Shown: in pieces, positions 51,223 to 62,484 of the stretch
Layout of the letters: every line of letters starts with the position of its first letter
Position numbering within the stretch: the stretch's first letter is position 1
IMG/VR virus record: IMGVR_UViG_3300025032_000461
Reading direction: 5' to 3' (one strand)
Length of the DNA stretch: 64,000 bases
Origin: an uncultured virus (IMG/VR IMGVR_UViG_3300025032_000461)
Lineage: Duplodnaviria; Heunggongvirae; Uroviricota; Caudoviricetes
Notes under the pieces: model-generated
What the model saw: only the letters and a program-made list of their open reading frames with translations
Told to the model about the DNA's origin: nothing
Database searches by the model: none
Program-made: the position numbers and the translations under genes

Positions 51223-54200
51223 GTGATGATAATCAAAAAAATAAACAAATATGCAGTTTATTTATCCCTATTAATGTCATTTAATTTAATGGCAGCTAAC
51301 GAAAATTACTCATGCTCAAAAAATGAATATTCCTTCAAAGAATGTAAATTTGATGTACCAGAGATTAAGCACGGCCAAACAAAATTATTAAGCACTGACA
51401 ATGGTGTGTTCAATGGACAAGCCCTTATCCTATGTAATAATGGTACGCGGTCTATTATTAGCGAAAGTTGTGATTATGTTCAAGGTGCGCCTGATTCTTG
51501 CAAAGGAATACCTTCTAATACTTGGACAGGCACCAATAATTCAATGTGCCAACATTCAAGTATCTCTATTTCAATTACTAATGGTGAAGAATACAAAGTG
51601 AGTTCATTAAGTAATAATGGATTTATTAAGTATCAATGTGTAGACACAGAATTAAAAATATTATCTAGTGATTGTACTATTCCTGAAAGTTCAAATAAAA
51701 TAACTATTGCTTCTACTGGCGCACAATGTGTATCTAAGTCTTACTCATCTAATGCTCAATACAATTACAACACTAAATCTTGGAATTCCATTCCACCCAA
51801 TGATACCTTTTGCATTAATGAAGGATTTGATTACTTAAATTCTTACTCAGATATATCAACTGAAAGCAACTTAAATATTGAAAACAAAGGCTATTTTAAT
51901 GCTGTTTGTTGTGCAAATGATACATTAGATAGTCCCGATCCCACTATTACTATTACACCACTCTCTAATGATTGCGCGACTATTTCTGGTATTATATCTG
52001 GTGATATAAATGATATTACTGGCCTTGCAAGTAATAATCCAAGTAGCTTAAAAGTTTTAAATTCAATGTGTAAGCCTAATGGATATTCTACACTTGAAAA
52101 CCATAGTGTTAATAATGCAACTTCTGGATCATATATTTTTACTGATGAATTTCAGGTTATTGCAAACTGTTGCGGCAACAATTCTATTGTTGATAACAAC
52201 ACTGAATGCAAAGGGGCATTTCTTTCTGCTGGTATTAATGCAGAAACCGAAGCAAAATCACTAGGAATTCCTTTTATATGTGATAGCTCTGGCGGCTCTA
52301 TGGAGTGCTTTCTAAATACTTGCACTCCTTTTGTTTCTGACGCTGAACTTTGCGCTGATTGTGTTCTAGGCACTTACTCATTTGCTTCTAATGCTAATCG
52401 TTGCTCTGTTGATTTTCCCGTTGTTCTTACTGGTCATGAGTCTACCCAAACATTCTTTAATGATACACATAGTGGATACGCTGATGTTAGTTGTAATAAC
52501 GGAATTAGCAGCCTTGATGATGCTCGTTGCTTCAATAACTGTCTTAACAAAAGAGTTACTTGGGAAAATAAAAGTAAAACAGCAGTATGTTATGTTGATC
52601 TTCCAAATAGTAAATATAGGCATTATCTTGAACCAACTGATAATGATAGACTCAATCCTAATCTTTCAATAGGTGACAAAACTGATCGTATTATTTCCGT
52701 TGTACATACTGGTGTTGCTGAATTTCATTGTGACGATGGTAATTGGGTTGAAAATTCAGAAGATTTAGAATCCCCTATCTGCTTTGCAAGTTGTAGCGCA
52801 AAAACAGCAATGTGGGGTTCTGGAATATCTAAAGATGGTAGAGATAAAACAAATGCTTGTCAAGCTTCCCTTCCAACTCAAAGACATTTTTTACAGCCTA
52901 ATTTCTCTTCGGCTGACGGTGTTAATCCAATGATTGGTGCAATAGAAGATCCACTTCTTAGTGTAACTGCAAATGGATTAAATAGTGGTGCAGCAAAATT
53001 CCGTTGCAACGATGGTTCTTGGGAGATTAATGGAACCCAAACATGTAATCTTGACTGTAATGCGCAAACTGTTTCTTGGACTGAAAATGGCGCTACAGCA
53101 TCTGCAAGTGTTGCAGCCAATAAACACGGAACTACGCTTTACAATGTTGTTGCTACTAGCGGAACCAATATTGGTAAAGCCGAAAATAATAAATTAACCA
53201 GCTCTGTAACAAATTTGGTTTGTGATGATGGTCGATATATACCAGTTGCACCTGTTGTTGCAGAAGATTGCAAAGCAGGTGTTGAAATCCGTAATAGCGC
53301 TAATGTAACTAATGCTTGTTCATTTAATTGGGGAGTGCTTGGTCATACAAAATCTGGAACATTAATATCCTCAACTAATTCTGGCTCTGTCAATTATGTT
53401 TGTAATGATGGTCGAATGGAGTTCGATGCTAATAGTCTTGTTTGTAATGCCTCTTGTTCTGCAACTACTGTAGAATGGGCTAGAACTTCTGGATTATCTT
53501 CTGAATGTTTAACAGGTTTTGTTAAAATAGGTGGGGTTTGCCAAAGAAATAGCACTGTATTACCAACTTGCTCTAGTGGAAGTACATTTAACACAGTGTC
53601 TGATCAATGTGAATCAACGTCACCTGTTAGCAACTCTTATACAGCAATAGCTTCCTGTGATGGACTTTATGCAGATTATGATGAAAATGGCTTTTCTTGT
53701 CAAAAAACATATTTGATTCAACCAAAATGTCCAATAGGCAAATATTTTGATGGAAGTTCTTGTCAATCTATGTCTGGCGCTTCCATTAATGAAACTTGGA
53801 ATTGCCCTTCCAACAGCACTTATTACGCAAATTATATAGCGCAAGGAGCCAGTTCCACTCCAGTTTCTTATTCTGGAACTGGTTGTGCTAATTGCCCAAC
53901 TGGATCTCTGGAGTTACCACTTGATAATAGCAATCCAAATGGAACAAAGTTTTCTTATTGCTCTCCAAATTCTTCTACTTGGACAATAACTTCAACTGCA
54001 CAAAGCTATAGCACTAATACTAATGGAAAAGCTGTTTGTTCCATTTATAATACAGGTAGTGCTTCAAGCGGAACTTATGCAACTTGGTCTATGACGAAAC
54101 AAGCAACTTCGACAACTAATATAAATTATACAGATGTTTGTGTTGAAACTATTAATCAAACGCCAACTTGTGCAACTGGTTATACATTTAATTCGACAAC

Positions 54201-56694
54201 TGGCGCTTGCACAAACACCACATTAAGCGCTGCGCAATTATCTTGTCCAGATACACTAAGGGCTAAATTTACAAGAATGACAACACCAAATGGTATTTCA
54301 GCTTATACAAGAGTTCTTCAACATAAAAACAAATGTATAACTGATTCTATTGATGGTTATTGTTGTATATCTTCTGAGCAAACTTGTAGTAATAGACTTG
54401 ATGAAGAAAATGGCATTTGTGATTGGTTTGTTAATTCACCAACTGTCGTTTGTCCTACTGGAAGCTCTTTTGACACTGTAAGTAAAAAATGTGCTATTGT
54501 TTCTTCAAAAACTGCCACTTGTAATAATGGATATATATTATCAGGCAATTTATGTTCTACAATAAAAATAACTGATGCCACTTCTGTTTGTCCAGATGGA
54601 ACAGCAGCACCTTGTTCTGGCATAGAAACCTCAGCGGCAACTTGCTCAACAATTACATTGGACACTGGTTCAACAGCTAATCCAACTTTTATAGCGCCAT
54701 TTTGCCAATATACTGATGTAATCAATAATGTTGCGACAAGAACCTGTCCAAGTGGTGGAACACCAATTGGAAATAATTGCTACAATAACAGTACAAAGAT
54801 AGTTACATCACTTCCTATTTGCTCTAATGGTGGCACTTTAAATAAGTCAACTAATTTATGCGAAGCTACTGAAACTATGGCTCCAAAAATCTTTGAACCG
54901 ATTAACTGCTCAGGAAGTATTGGTTCAGGCATTCACACAACAAGTGGTGTATCAGTTATAGATAGCACTCAAAATGGAGCGACTGGATCTGCAACTATGA
55001 AATGTGTTGACGGTAATTGGGTTGCTTCATCTTCATTTTGTGCAAAAGATTGTTCGCCCACAATTACAGCAAGTACAAATTCCATAGGAAGCATGTCTTG
55101 GTCTACTGGCGAATCTTTACCTTCTGATCATATCGCTTATGGATTAAATTGTTCTACAGATAATATTTCAATGACAAACTATGCACACTCATCAAATAGT
55201 GGAGTTAAACAGACTAAAAATTCTGGAATGCAATTAATTGGAAATATAACTTATCAATGCACTGATGGAACTTGGAATAAATTATCTTCAAGTTGTTCAA
55301 GAGTTACTTGTTCTGCTTCAACAAGCTCTTATACTGGACTTTCCACATGTCGCGTTAATGTTCCTAATATGAAGTGGGGAGATATAAAAACTGTTGATCA
55401 ACCACTAGGCTTTTCTGGCACAACTGATGCTATTTATACTTGTGGTGATTCTGGAACTGCTACTTTATCAAACTCTCCTGACTGCAATGCTGACTGTAAT
55501 ATAACTGCAAACAATAATTCATATTTATGGTCTGCTGAGTATTCTGGTTGTTTTCAGTCAAACAGTAACTATCTAGATCACTTAGAAACTATTTCAATAA
55601 AAGACACTGATTCTAGTCAACGTGGTTCTGTTAATTTAGTGTGCAATAATGGTATAATTTCTAAGAATGGCGAAGTTTGTCGAAAAGCAACATTAAGAAA
55701 TACAACAGTTTATTGGAATAATACAAACGGCACAAATGGCACTTCTGGTAGCTGCTCTGCTACATTACCTAATGATATTATGTTAGGTGGCGCGTCTTAT
55801 GGTGCAACTGATTGTGTTAGTGTCTCTAATGCCAGTAGTTCTTTTTTAGGTAGTGCAACTATATGTGCAACTGCCACTGGGATGATTAAAACTTCTGGAA
55901 CTTGTAATGCCAGTTGTAATGCTACTAGTGTAAATTGGAGTAATTGTTCTGGAACTACCTCTTCTAGAACTCACGGTGGATCTGTTTCTGTTACTGATGG
56001 TGCTAGCGGTTCTTATACTGGTAGTGCGACTGCTACTTGTAATAATGGTAACTGGTCTTTAACTAACACATCTTGTGCAGCAACTTGTTCAACAACACCT
56101 TATACACCAAATTGTGGTAGTGGATTTTCTTATAATTCAACAAGCAAAATGTGTATAAGTAATTCTGGTTCTAGTTCTTGGAGTAGCCCAGATCTTATTA
56201 ATAGCTTTGGTAATCAACGAGGACAATGTGAAACAGATGATGTAACCGATTACAAAACAGGCGCTTGTTCTGGTGGAACATATCGAGCAGAAGTCTGTGT
56301 AAGAACTAATGACTGCCGAATTACTGCACCATATATGTGTAATGGAGGAACGCAAACTTGTGGATCTTCGATAGCGCCACAAACACCTACTTGTCCTTCA
56401 GGTGCTAATTTAGTTAATGGAATGTGTGTAAATAGTTGCAATAGTACACCACCCGTTACTTCTGGAACTTGGAGTGCTAAAACCCAAATATATACAACTG
56501 GTCAGTTTGCAAGTGGTTCTTGCCCTAGCATTGCCTATCAAAAGCGAGATTCTGATGGATACAATAATGGTCTTGTTTCTGCAAAAACACCTAATTCTTC
56601 TTGCTCTACAATAGGAGAAATAGCCCGTTCAGAAATGTTATCTTATGGCGGTGGAAGGTGCCAAATCTATATTTACCAACAAACTTGCCAATAA
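51223..56694 (+). CDS. giant secreted Cys-rich repeat protein 1 (putative adhesin)
   Basis: Signal peptide; repeated C..W..C...H(G)...G....C.[DN]G.W...C modules and CPxG..C modules. Confidence 0.85.
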   Translation: MMIIKKINKYAVYLSLLMSFNLMAANENYSCSKNEYSFKECKFDVPEIKHGQTKLLSTDNGVFNGQALILCNNGTRSIISESCDYVQGAPDSCKGIPSNTWTGTNNSMCQHSSISISITNGEEYKVSSLSNNGFIKYQCVDTELKILSSDCTIPESSNKITIASTGAQCVSKSYSSNAQYNYNTKSWNSIPPNDTFCINEGFDYLNSYSDISTESNLNIENKGYFNAVCCANDTLDSPDPTITITPLSNDCATISGIISGDINDITGLASNNPSSLKVLNSMCKPNGYSTLENHSVNNATSGSYIFTDEFQVIANCCGNNSIVDNNTECKGAFLSAGINAETEAKSLGIPFICDSSGGSMECFLNTCTPFVSDAELCADCVLGTYSFASNANRCSVDFPVVLTGHESTQTFFNDTHSGYADVSCNNGISSLDDARCFNNCLNKRVTWENKSKTAVCYVDLPNSKYRHYLEPTDNDRLNPNLSIGDKTDRIISVVHTGVAEFHCDDGNWVENSEDLESPICFASCSAKTAMWGSGISKDGRDKTNACQASLPTQRHFLQPNFSSADGVNPMIGAIEDPLLSVTANGLNSGAAKFRCNDGSWEINGTQTCNLDCNAQTVSWTENGATASASVAANKHGTTLYNVVATSGTNIGKAENNKLTSSVTNLVCDDGRYIPVAPVVAEDCKAGVEIRNSANVTNACSFNWGVLGHTKSGTLISSTNSGSVNYVCNDGRMEFDANSLVCNASCSATTVEWARTSGLSSECLTGFVKIGGVCQRNSTVLPTCSSGSTFNTVSDQCESTSPVSNSYTAIASCDGLYADYDENGFSCQKTYLIQPKCPIGKYFDGSSCQSMSGASINETWNCPSNSTYYANYIAQGASSTPVSYSGTGCANCPTGSLELPLDNSNPNGTKFSYCSPNSSTWTITSTAQSYSTNTNGKAVCSIYNTGSASSGTYATWSMTKQATSTTNINYTDVCVETINQTPTCATGYTFNSTTGACTNTTLSAAQLSCPDTLRAKFTRMTTPNGISAYTRVLQHKNKCITDSIDGYCCISSEQTCSNRLDEENGICDWFVNSPTVVCPTGSSFDTVSKKCAIVSSKTATCNNGYILSGNLCSTIKITDATSVCPDGTAAPCSGIETSAATCSTITLDTGSTANPTFIAPFCQYTDVINNVATRTCPSGGTPIGNNCYNNSTKIVTSLPICSNGGTLNKSTNLCEATETMAPKIFEPINCSGSIGSGIHTTSGVSVIDSTQNGATGSATMKCVDGNWVASSSFCAKDCSPTITASTNSIGSMSWSTGESLPSDHIAYGLNCSTDNISMTNYAHSSNSGVKQTKNSGMQLIGNITYQCTDGTWNKLSSSCSRVTCSASTSSYTGLSTCRVNVPNMKWGDIKTVDQPLGFSGTTDAIYTCGDSGTATLSNSPDCNADCNITANNNSYLWSAEYSGCFQSNSNYLDHLETISIKDTDSSQRGSVNLVCNNGIISKNGEVCRKATLRNTTVYWNNTNGTNGTSGSCSATLPNDIMLGGASYGATDCVSVSNASSSFLGSATICATATGMIKTSGTCNASCNATSVNWSNCSGTTSSRTHGGSVSVTDGASGSYTGSATATCNNGNWSLTNTSCAATCSTTPYTPNCGSGFSYNSTSKMCISNSGSSSWSSPDLINSFGNQRGQCETDDVTDYKTGACSGGTYRAEVCVRTNDCRITAPYMCNGGTQTCGSSIAPQTPTCPSGANLVNGMCVNSCNSTPPVTSGTWSAKTQIYTTGQFASGSCPSIAYQKRDSDGYNNGLVSAKTPNSSCSTIGEIARSEMLSYGGGRCQIYIYQQTCQ

Positions 56695-56705
56695 ATATAA
56701 TTTAG

Positions 56706-56739
56706 AAAAAAAACCAATATACCTATATTGGTTTTTTTT
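56706..56739 (+). terminator. intrinsic terminator
   Basis: aaaaccaatata-cc-tatattggtttttttt. Confidence 0.8.
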
Positions 56740-56908
56740 ATTTACATAAACAATAGGTTGTTATTTTTTTGCAAAAAAAACTAATTATTTTTACATTATA
56801 TTATTAACTGCTAAATAAAAGAGTTGATTTTATCTTTATTTTTTAATATTGCAAAGTTTAATTTGAGTGGTAGATTAATAGTATATATAAAATACAAAGG
56901 CTAAATTT

Positions 56909-59900
56909 ATGTTTAAAAAAATAATCCTAACAATCTCCTTATTACTACTTTCACAAAATATTATTGCAGAAGAAAATTACTCTTGTGCAGCAGATAGCTA
57001 TTTATTCAAAGAATGCAAGTTTGAATTACCTACTATCCTTCATGGTGAAACACAACTTGAAAGTGTTGATAATAATGTATTTAACGGAAATGTATTAGTG
57101 CTATGTAATAATGGAAAAAAAACTATTATTAGTGAAAGTTGTGATTATATTCAAGGTGCCGCTGACTCTTGCAAAGGCATACCTTCTAATACTTGGACTG
57201 GTTCTGGTGACTCAATGTGTACTCACTCTTCAGTTTCAATATCTATATCAAATGGAGATGAATATAAAATAACTTCTCTTCAAAATAATGGTTATGTCAA
57301 ATACATTTGTGAGGATAGTAAACTCATTGTTAAATCAAGCGAGTGTACACGTCCTGAAAGTACAAAAATCACAACAGCCTCAACTGGTTCACAGTGCATT
57401 CCCAAATCTTTCTCTTCTAATGCCCAATATGATTATGTTAAAAAATCTTGGTATTCAATTGCCCCAAATGATGCATTTTGCATTAATGAAGGATTTGACT
57501 ATTTGGATTCTTATATAGATATTTCAACTTTTTCAAATTTAAATACTGAACATAAAGGGTATTTCAATACTGTTTGTTGTTCAAATGATACTTTGGATAG
57601 CCCTAACCCTGCAATTACAGTAACACCAATCTCAAACGATTGCGCAACAATAACAGGAGTTCTATCGGGAGATTTAAACGATATAACAGGAACAGCCACT
57701 AATAAACCAAGTGCTTTAAAAGTAATAAACTCAATGTGTAAACCTAATGGATATTCTACATTAGAAAATTTTTCTTCTAAAAATGCAGTGAGCGGCACAT
57801 ATACCTTTACTGATGAATTTAATGTTTCTGCACATTGTTGTGGTAATAATTCTATTGCTGACAACAATACTGCTTGCAAAGGTGCATTTTTATCTTCTGG
57901 ATCTAATGCTCAAACAGAAGCACAATCTCTTGGAATACCATTTTTATGTGACAGTTCTAGTGGAACTATGGAGTGTTTCAAAAATACATGCACACCTTTT
58001 GTTTCTGATGCTGAGTTATGTGCTGAGTGTGATTTAAATAATTATTCTTTTAATGCCAACTCAAATCGCTGTGTTGTTGATTTTCCTATTGTTCTTACTG
58101 GACATGAAAATTTACAGAAGTTTTATAACGATACACAGAGTGGATATGCAGACGTAAGCTGCAATAATGGTGTTAGCAGTTTAGATGACGCACGTTGCTT
58201 CAATAATTGCCTTAATAAAAGAGTCACTTGGGAAAATAAAAACAAAACAGCAGTATGCTATTTCGACTTACCAAATAGTAAATATAGGCACTACCTTGAA
58301 CCTACTGACAATGATAGGAGTAATCCTAATTTATCAATAGGTGACAAGACTGATCGTATTATTTCTGTTACACATACAGGAGTCGCTGAATTTCATTGTG
58401 ATGATGGCAATTGGGTTGAAAATTCAGAAGATTTAACAACACCTCTGTGCTTTGCAAGCTGTAATGCTCAAAATATTACTTGGGGTTCAGGCATTTCAAA
58501 AGACGGAAGAAGTAAGGTTAACGCTTGTTCTTCCTCAGTCCCTACTCAAAGACATTTTTTGCAGCCAAATTTTTCCTCTGCTGATGGTGTTGATCCAATG
58601 AAAGATGCAAAAGAAGATCCGCTTCTTAGTGTAACAACAAGTGGATTAAATAATGGCGCGGCACAATTTCGCTGTAACGATGGTTCTTGGGAGTTAAATG
58701 GTACACAAACTTGTAATCTTGATTGTAATGCGCAAACTGTCTCTTGGACTGAAAAAGGAGCAACAGCATCCGCTAGTGTTTCTGCAAGTAAACATGGAAC
58801 CACTTTATATAATGTTGTAGCTACTAGTGGAATTAATTTAGGAAAATCTGAAAATAATAAACTAACTAGCTCAGTTACAAATCTAGTTTGTGATGATGGA
58901 CGTTATATTCCAATTACCCCTGTTGTAGCTGAGGATTGTAAAGCTGGAACTATTACTCGCAATAGTGCTAATTTTGCAAACACTTGCACTTTTAATTGGG
59001 GAATTCTAAAACATACTAATTCTGGAAAACTACTATCTTCTACTAATTCAGGATCTGTTAATTATTCTTGCAATGATGGACAAATTGAATTTGATGCAAA
59101 CAGCCTAGTTTGCAATGCTTCTTGTGCAGCCACAACAGTATCTTGGGGGAGAACATCAGGACTATCTTCTTCTTGCTTAACAGGTTATACAAGGAATGGT
59201 GCTGTATGCCAAAAAGATTCAAAAGTTAGTCCAACTTGCGCCTCTGGTTTAACATTTAATAATAATACAGATCAGTGTGAAAGCAATATAACTAATAATG
59301 ATTCATATGCTGCTGTTGCCTCTTGTGATGGTGTTTACTCCAATTACAATGAAAATGGTTTTTCTTGTGAAAAATTATATTCAACAACACCTAAATGTTC
59401 GGCTGGAAAAATATTTAACGGTTCTGAATGTGTATCTATTTCTGGATTCAGTTCAAACAATGGCTCTTGGACTTGCCCTTCTGGAACAATTTATCACGCA
59501 ACATATATTGATAAAAACACATTAATTTCTCCAAAAACTTATTATAATGTTTGTGTTGCTAGCAACTCTAAGCAACCAAATTGTGCAACAGGATATTCAT
59601 TCAATACAACAACAGGAACTTGCACAACTAATACATTAAGTGATGCTCAATTATCATGTAGGACAGCAACTGGGACATACACACTCCTTGTTACACCTTC
59701 AATGACAGAGGCTTACACTAATGTAACAAAAACTATTAATGACTGTAGCACACTAGCTATTAGTGGTAAATGCTGTATTAAGAGCAATTACAGTTGTCGA
59801 AATACAGAACTTGAGTTATCTTTTAATTGTAATGATTGGGATGCATATGTTCCTGATGCAGCCTGTCCTACAGGAAGTTCTTTTGATCCTTCAAGTAAAA

Positions 59901-61942
59901 AATGTGCCATTGTTTCGTCCAAACCAGCAACTTGTGATAATAACTATATATTATCTGGGAATACATGCACAACTAATATAATTACTGATGCAAGCTTAAA
60001 ATGTAATGATGGAACTTCTGCACCATGTACAGACACACTTACATCTCAAGCTACCTGCTCTACAATTACATTAGATAATGGAAGTTATGCAACCCCCACT
60101 CTTTCAGTTCCTTTCTGCAAGTACTCTCATATTGTCAATAATATTGCAACAAGAACTTGTCCAAGTGGTGGTTCTGCTATTGGTAACGTCTGTTATGTTA
60201 GTTCCAGCACTATAATAACTGAGTTACCTACCTGTTCTAATGGTGGAATTCTAAACAAATCAACTAATTTGTGCGAAGCAACAGAAACTATGGCTCCAAG
60301 AACTTTTGAGCCAATTACATGTTCTGGAACAATTGGTTCTGGCGTTCATACAACTAATGGCATATCAGTATCTGACAACACCACTAATGGTGCTACTGGC
60401 TCTGCTACAATGAGTTGTGTTGACGGTAATTGGATAGCTACAAATTCATTCTGTGCGCAAGACTGTTCTCCTATCATCACAGCAGCAACAAACTCTCTTG
60501 GCTCCATGTCTTGGTCTACTGGAGAAACATTACCAACAAACCATGCTGCTTATGGGATGAATTGTTCTACCAATAATATTTCAATGTCTAATTATGCACA
60601 TTCAGCAAGAAGTGAGAACAATTTAACTAAAAACTCTGGACAAAGATTAGTTGGTTCAATTAGCTATCAATGTGTTGATGGACGTTGGGACGTCACCAGT
60701 TCAAGTTGCTCTAGAACAACCTGCGCAGCATTAACAACTACATTCTCAGGAGCATCAACTTGTGCAGCCAATGTACCAAGTATGAAGTGGGGTGATAAAA
60801 ACTCAATTAACCAACCACTTGGCTTCTCAGGAGCAACTGACGCTATTTATTCCTGTGGAGATTCAGGAAATTCAACTCTTAGTAATTCCCCAGACTGTAA
60901 TGCTGACTGTAATATTCATTCTAACACAAACTCATATATATGGTCTGAAGCTATTGCAGGTTGTGTGCAATCAACCAGTAATTACCTCGATCATCAGGAG
61001 ACACTATCGATAAAGGATATTAGTGGAACTTCTCGTGGAAATACAACACTAACTTGCAATAATGGAACAATTACTAAAAATAGTGAAAAATGTCGTTTTG
61101 TTACATTACAGAATACTGCTGTATATTGGAATTCCGTAAATGGTTCCGATGGTAAAACAGGTAGCTGCACAAGCACATTACCTAATGATCTTATGTTGGG
61201 TAGTGCAGGCTTTGGCGCAACTGATTGCGCAACCGTATCTAATACAAATAGTAACTTCACAGGTGAAGCAACCATATGTGCGACAGGAACAGGGATCACT
61301 AAAACTTCTGGAACTTGTGCCGAAAGCTGTTCCACTGTGCCTTATACACCAACTTGCCCAAGTGGATACACATATCACCAAACCTATGTTAAAAAAGGTG
61401 AGGCTGCTACTTATTTACCAAGATATTCTGGTTATGGTTGCAACGCTTGTCCTTTTGGGTCAATAACAGTCGCCAATAACAGATATTGCATGACTGGAAG
61501 CTCAACTAGTGATTGGACTATAACAACAGACGCAGCATTTAGACCAAATGATAGCCAAGCTTATTGTAAAACAATACTATCAGGAGCTGACATCGGAGGG
61601 TGGGAAGGTGGCTTTGATGCGAATTGGTCAATGCAAAGAAAACCATACACACTACCTGATGTATTAGTTGGTAATGTTTGTGTAAAAGATAATCTTGTGC
61701 AAGATGCAACTTGTCCTAGTGGTTCAACATACACTGCTGGAACTTGCGTAAATACTTGTTCTGCTAATGGTGGAGGCTCTGTTGTGGATGATCCATTAAC
61801 TACTGCACCACCACCAAAAGGAACTTTATTTGGAAGTGCAGGTTCTTGCCCTGCCTTTTCAATGCAACATTATAATTTAACAAACTGTAGGGCTGTTGGT
61901 ATTCCAGACTCTCAATCTTGTTGTTACTATTACGTTCCATAG
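56909..61942 (+). CDS. giant secreted Cys-rich repeat protein 2 (paralog)
   Basis: Colinear with protein 1 for most of its length; different C-terminus. Confidence 0.85.
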   Translation: MFKKIILTISLLLLSQNIIAEENYSCAADSYLFKECKFELPTILHGETQLESVDNNVFNGNVLVLCNNGKKTIISESCDYIQGAADSCKGIPSNTWTGSGDSMCTHSSVSISISNGDEYKITSLQNNGYVKYICEDSKLIVKSSECTRPESTKITTASTGSQCIPKSFSSNAQYDYVKKSWYSIAPNDAFCINEGFDYLDSYIDISTFSNLNTEHKGYFNTVCCSNDTLDSPNPAITVTPISNDCATITGVLSGDLNDITGTATNKPSALKVINSMCKPNGYSTLENFSSKNAVSGTYTFTDEFNVSAHCCGNNSIADNNTACKGAFLSSGSNAQTEAQSLGIPFLCDSSSGTMECFKNTCTPFVSDAELCAECDLNNYSFNANSNRCVVDFPIVLTGHENLQKFYNDTQSGYADVSCNNGVSSLDDARCFNNCLNKRVTWENKNKTAVCYFDLPNSKYRHYLEPTDNDRSNPNLSIGDKTDRIISVTHTGVAEFHCDDGNWVENSEDLTTPLCFASCNAQNITWGSGISKDGRSKVNACSSSVPTQRHFLQPNFSSADGVDPMKDAKEDPLLSVTTSGLNNGAAQFRCNDGSWELNGTQTCNLDCNAQTVSWTEKGATASASVSASKHGTTLYNVVATSGINLGKSENNKLTSSVTNLVCDDGRYIPITPVVAEDCKAGTITRNSANFANTCTFNWGILKHTNSGKLLSSTNSGSVNYSCNDGQIEFDANSLVCNASCAATTVSWGRTSGLSSSCLTGYTRNGAVCQKDSKVSPTCASGLTFNNNTDQCESNITNNDSYAAVASCDGVYSNYNENGFSCEKLYSTTPKCSAGKIFNGSECVSISGFSSNNGSWTCPSGTIYHATYIDKNTLISPKTYYNVCVASNSKQPNCATGYSFNTTTGTCTTNTLSDAQLSCRTATGTYTLLVTPSMTEAYTNVTKTINDCSTLAISGKCCIKSNYSCRNTELELSFNCNDWDAYVPDAACPTGSSFDPSSKKCAIVSSKPATCDNNYILSGNTCTTNIITDASLKCNDGTSAPCTDTLTSQATCSTITLDNGSYATPTLSVPFCKYSHIVNNIATRTCPSGGSAIGNVCYVSSSTIITELPTCSNGGILNKSTNLCEATETMAPRTFEPITCSGTIGSGVHTTNGISVSDNTTNGATGSATMSCVDGNWIATNSFCAQDCSPIITAATNSLGSMSWSTGETLPTNHAAYGMNCSTNNISMSNYAHSARSENNLTKNSGQRLVGSISYQCVDGRWDVTSSSCSRTTCAALTTTFSGASTCAANVPSMKWGDKNSINQPLGFSGATDAIYSCGDSGNSTLSNSPDCNADCNIHSNTNSYIWSEAIAGCVQSTSNYLDHQETLSIKDISGTSRGNTTLTCNNGTITKNSEKCRFVTLQNTAVYWNSVNGSDGKTGSCTSTLPNDLMLGSAGFGATDCATVSNTNSNFTGEATICATGTGITKTSGTCAESCSTVPYTPTCPSGYTYHQTYVKKGEAATYLPRYSGYGCNACPFGSITVANNRYCMTGSSTSDWTITTDAAFRPNDSQAYCKTILSGADIGGWEGGFDANWSMQRKPYTLPDVLVGNVCVKDNLVQDATCPSGSTYTAGTCVNTCSANGGGSVVDDPLTTAPPPKGTLFGSAGSCPAFSMQHYNLTNCRAVGIPDSQSCCYYYVP

Positions 61943-61955
61943 AAATATTATTAAT

Positions 61956-62160
61956 TTGAATAGCCCACTACCAAGTGAATAAATTCACTATGGAGTGGGC
62001 TTCTCTTTAATGATATTCTGTTTAAAGATAGCTGTAACTAAGAAAACTATTTATCACATGGAATGCGGATCTCTAAAAATACCATTCCAAATATTTTTTT
62101 CTTTTGTAGATTTAATTTCATTAAGCAAATCTACGCAGTTATGGATGGGGTATTCTTGAC
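61956..62160 (-). mobile_element. non-autonomous IS605 miniature (about 205 bp, both ends, no ORF)
   Basis: Minus strand starts GTCAAGAATACCCCATCC (left-end-like); last ~100 nt closely match 112-213 and end TTCAA. Confidence 0.75.
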
Positions 62161-62484
62161 GTCTTTCAGATAAAAAATATTGGTTTTTTATTTTTTATTT
62201 TCTATTTTCTTAAAATTTTATTTTTTATTTTCTATTTTCTATTCTCTATTTTCTTAAAAGTTGTTAACATATATGGTAAATAAAACAAAAAAAATTTTTT
62301 ATATTTACATATAATAAACATCTACTTATATTGTTTTACAATTTTTGAATAAAAATACACTTTCTTATATTTTTTTATTAATTTAAAACCTTTTACATAA
62401 ACATACTTAACCTCAACCTTATATTGAAAAATTTTTTTTGAGTGATATTATGTTTTTTAAGAGTATAAAAATTAAGGAAAAAAT

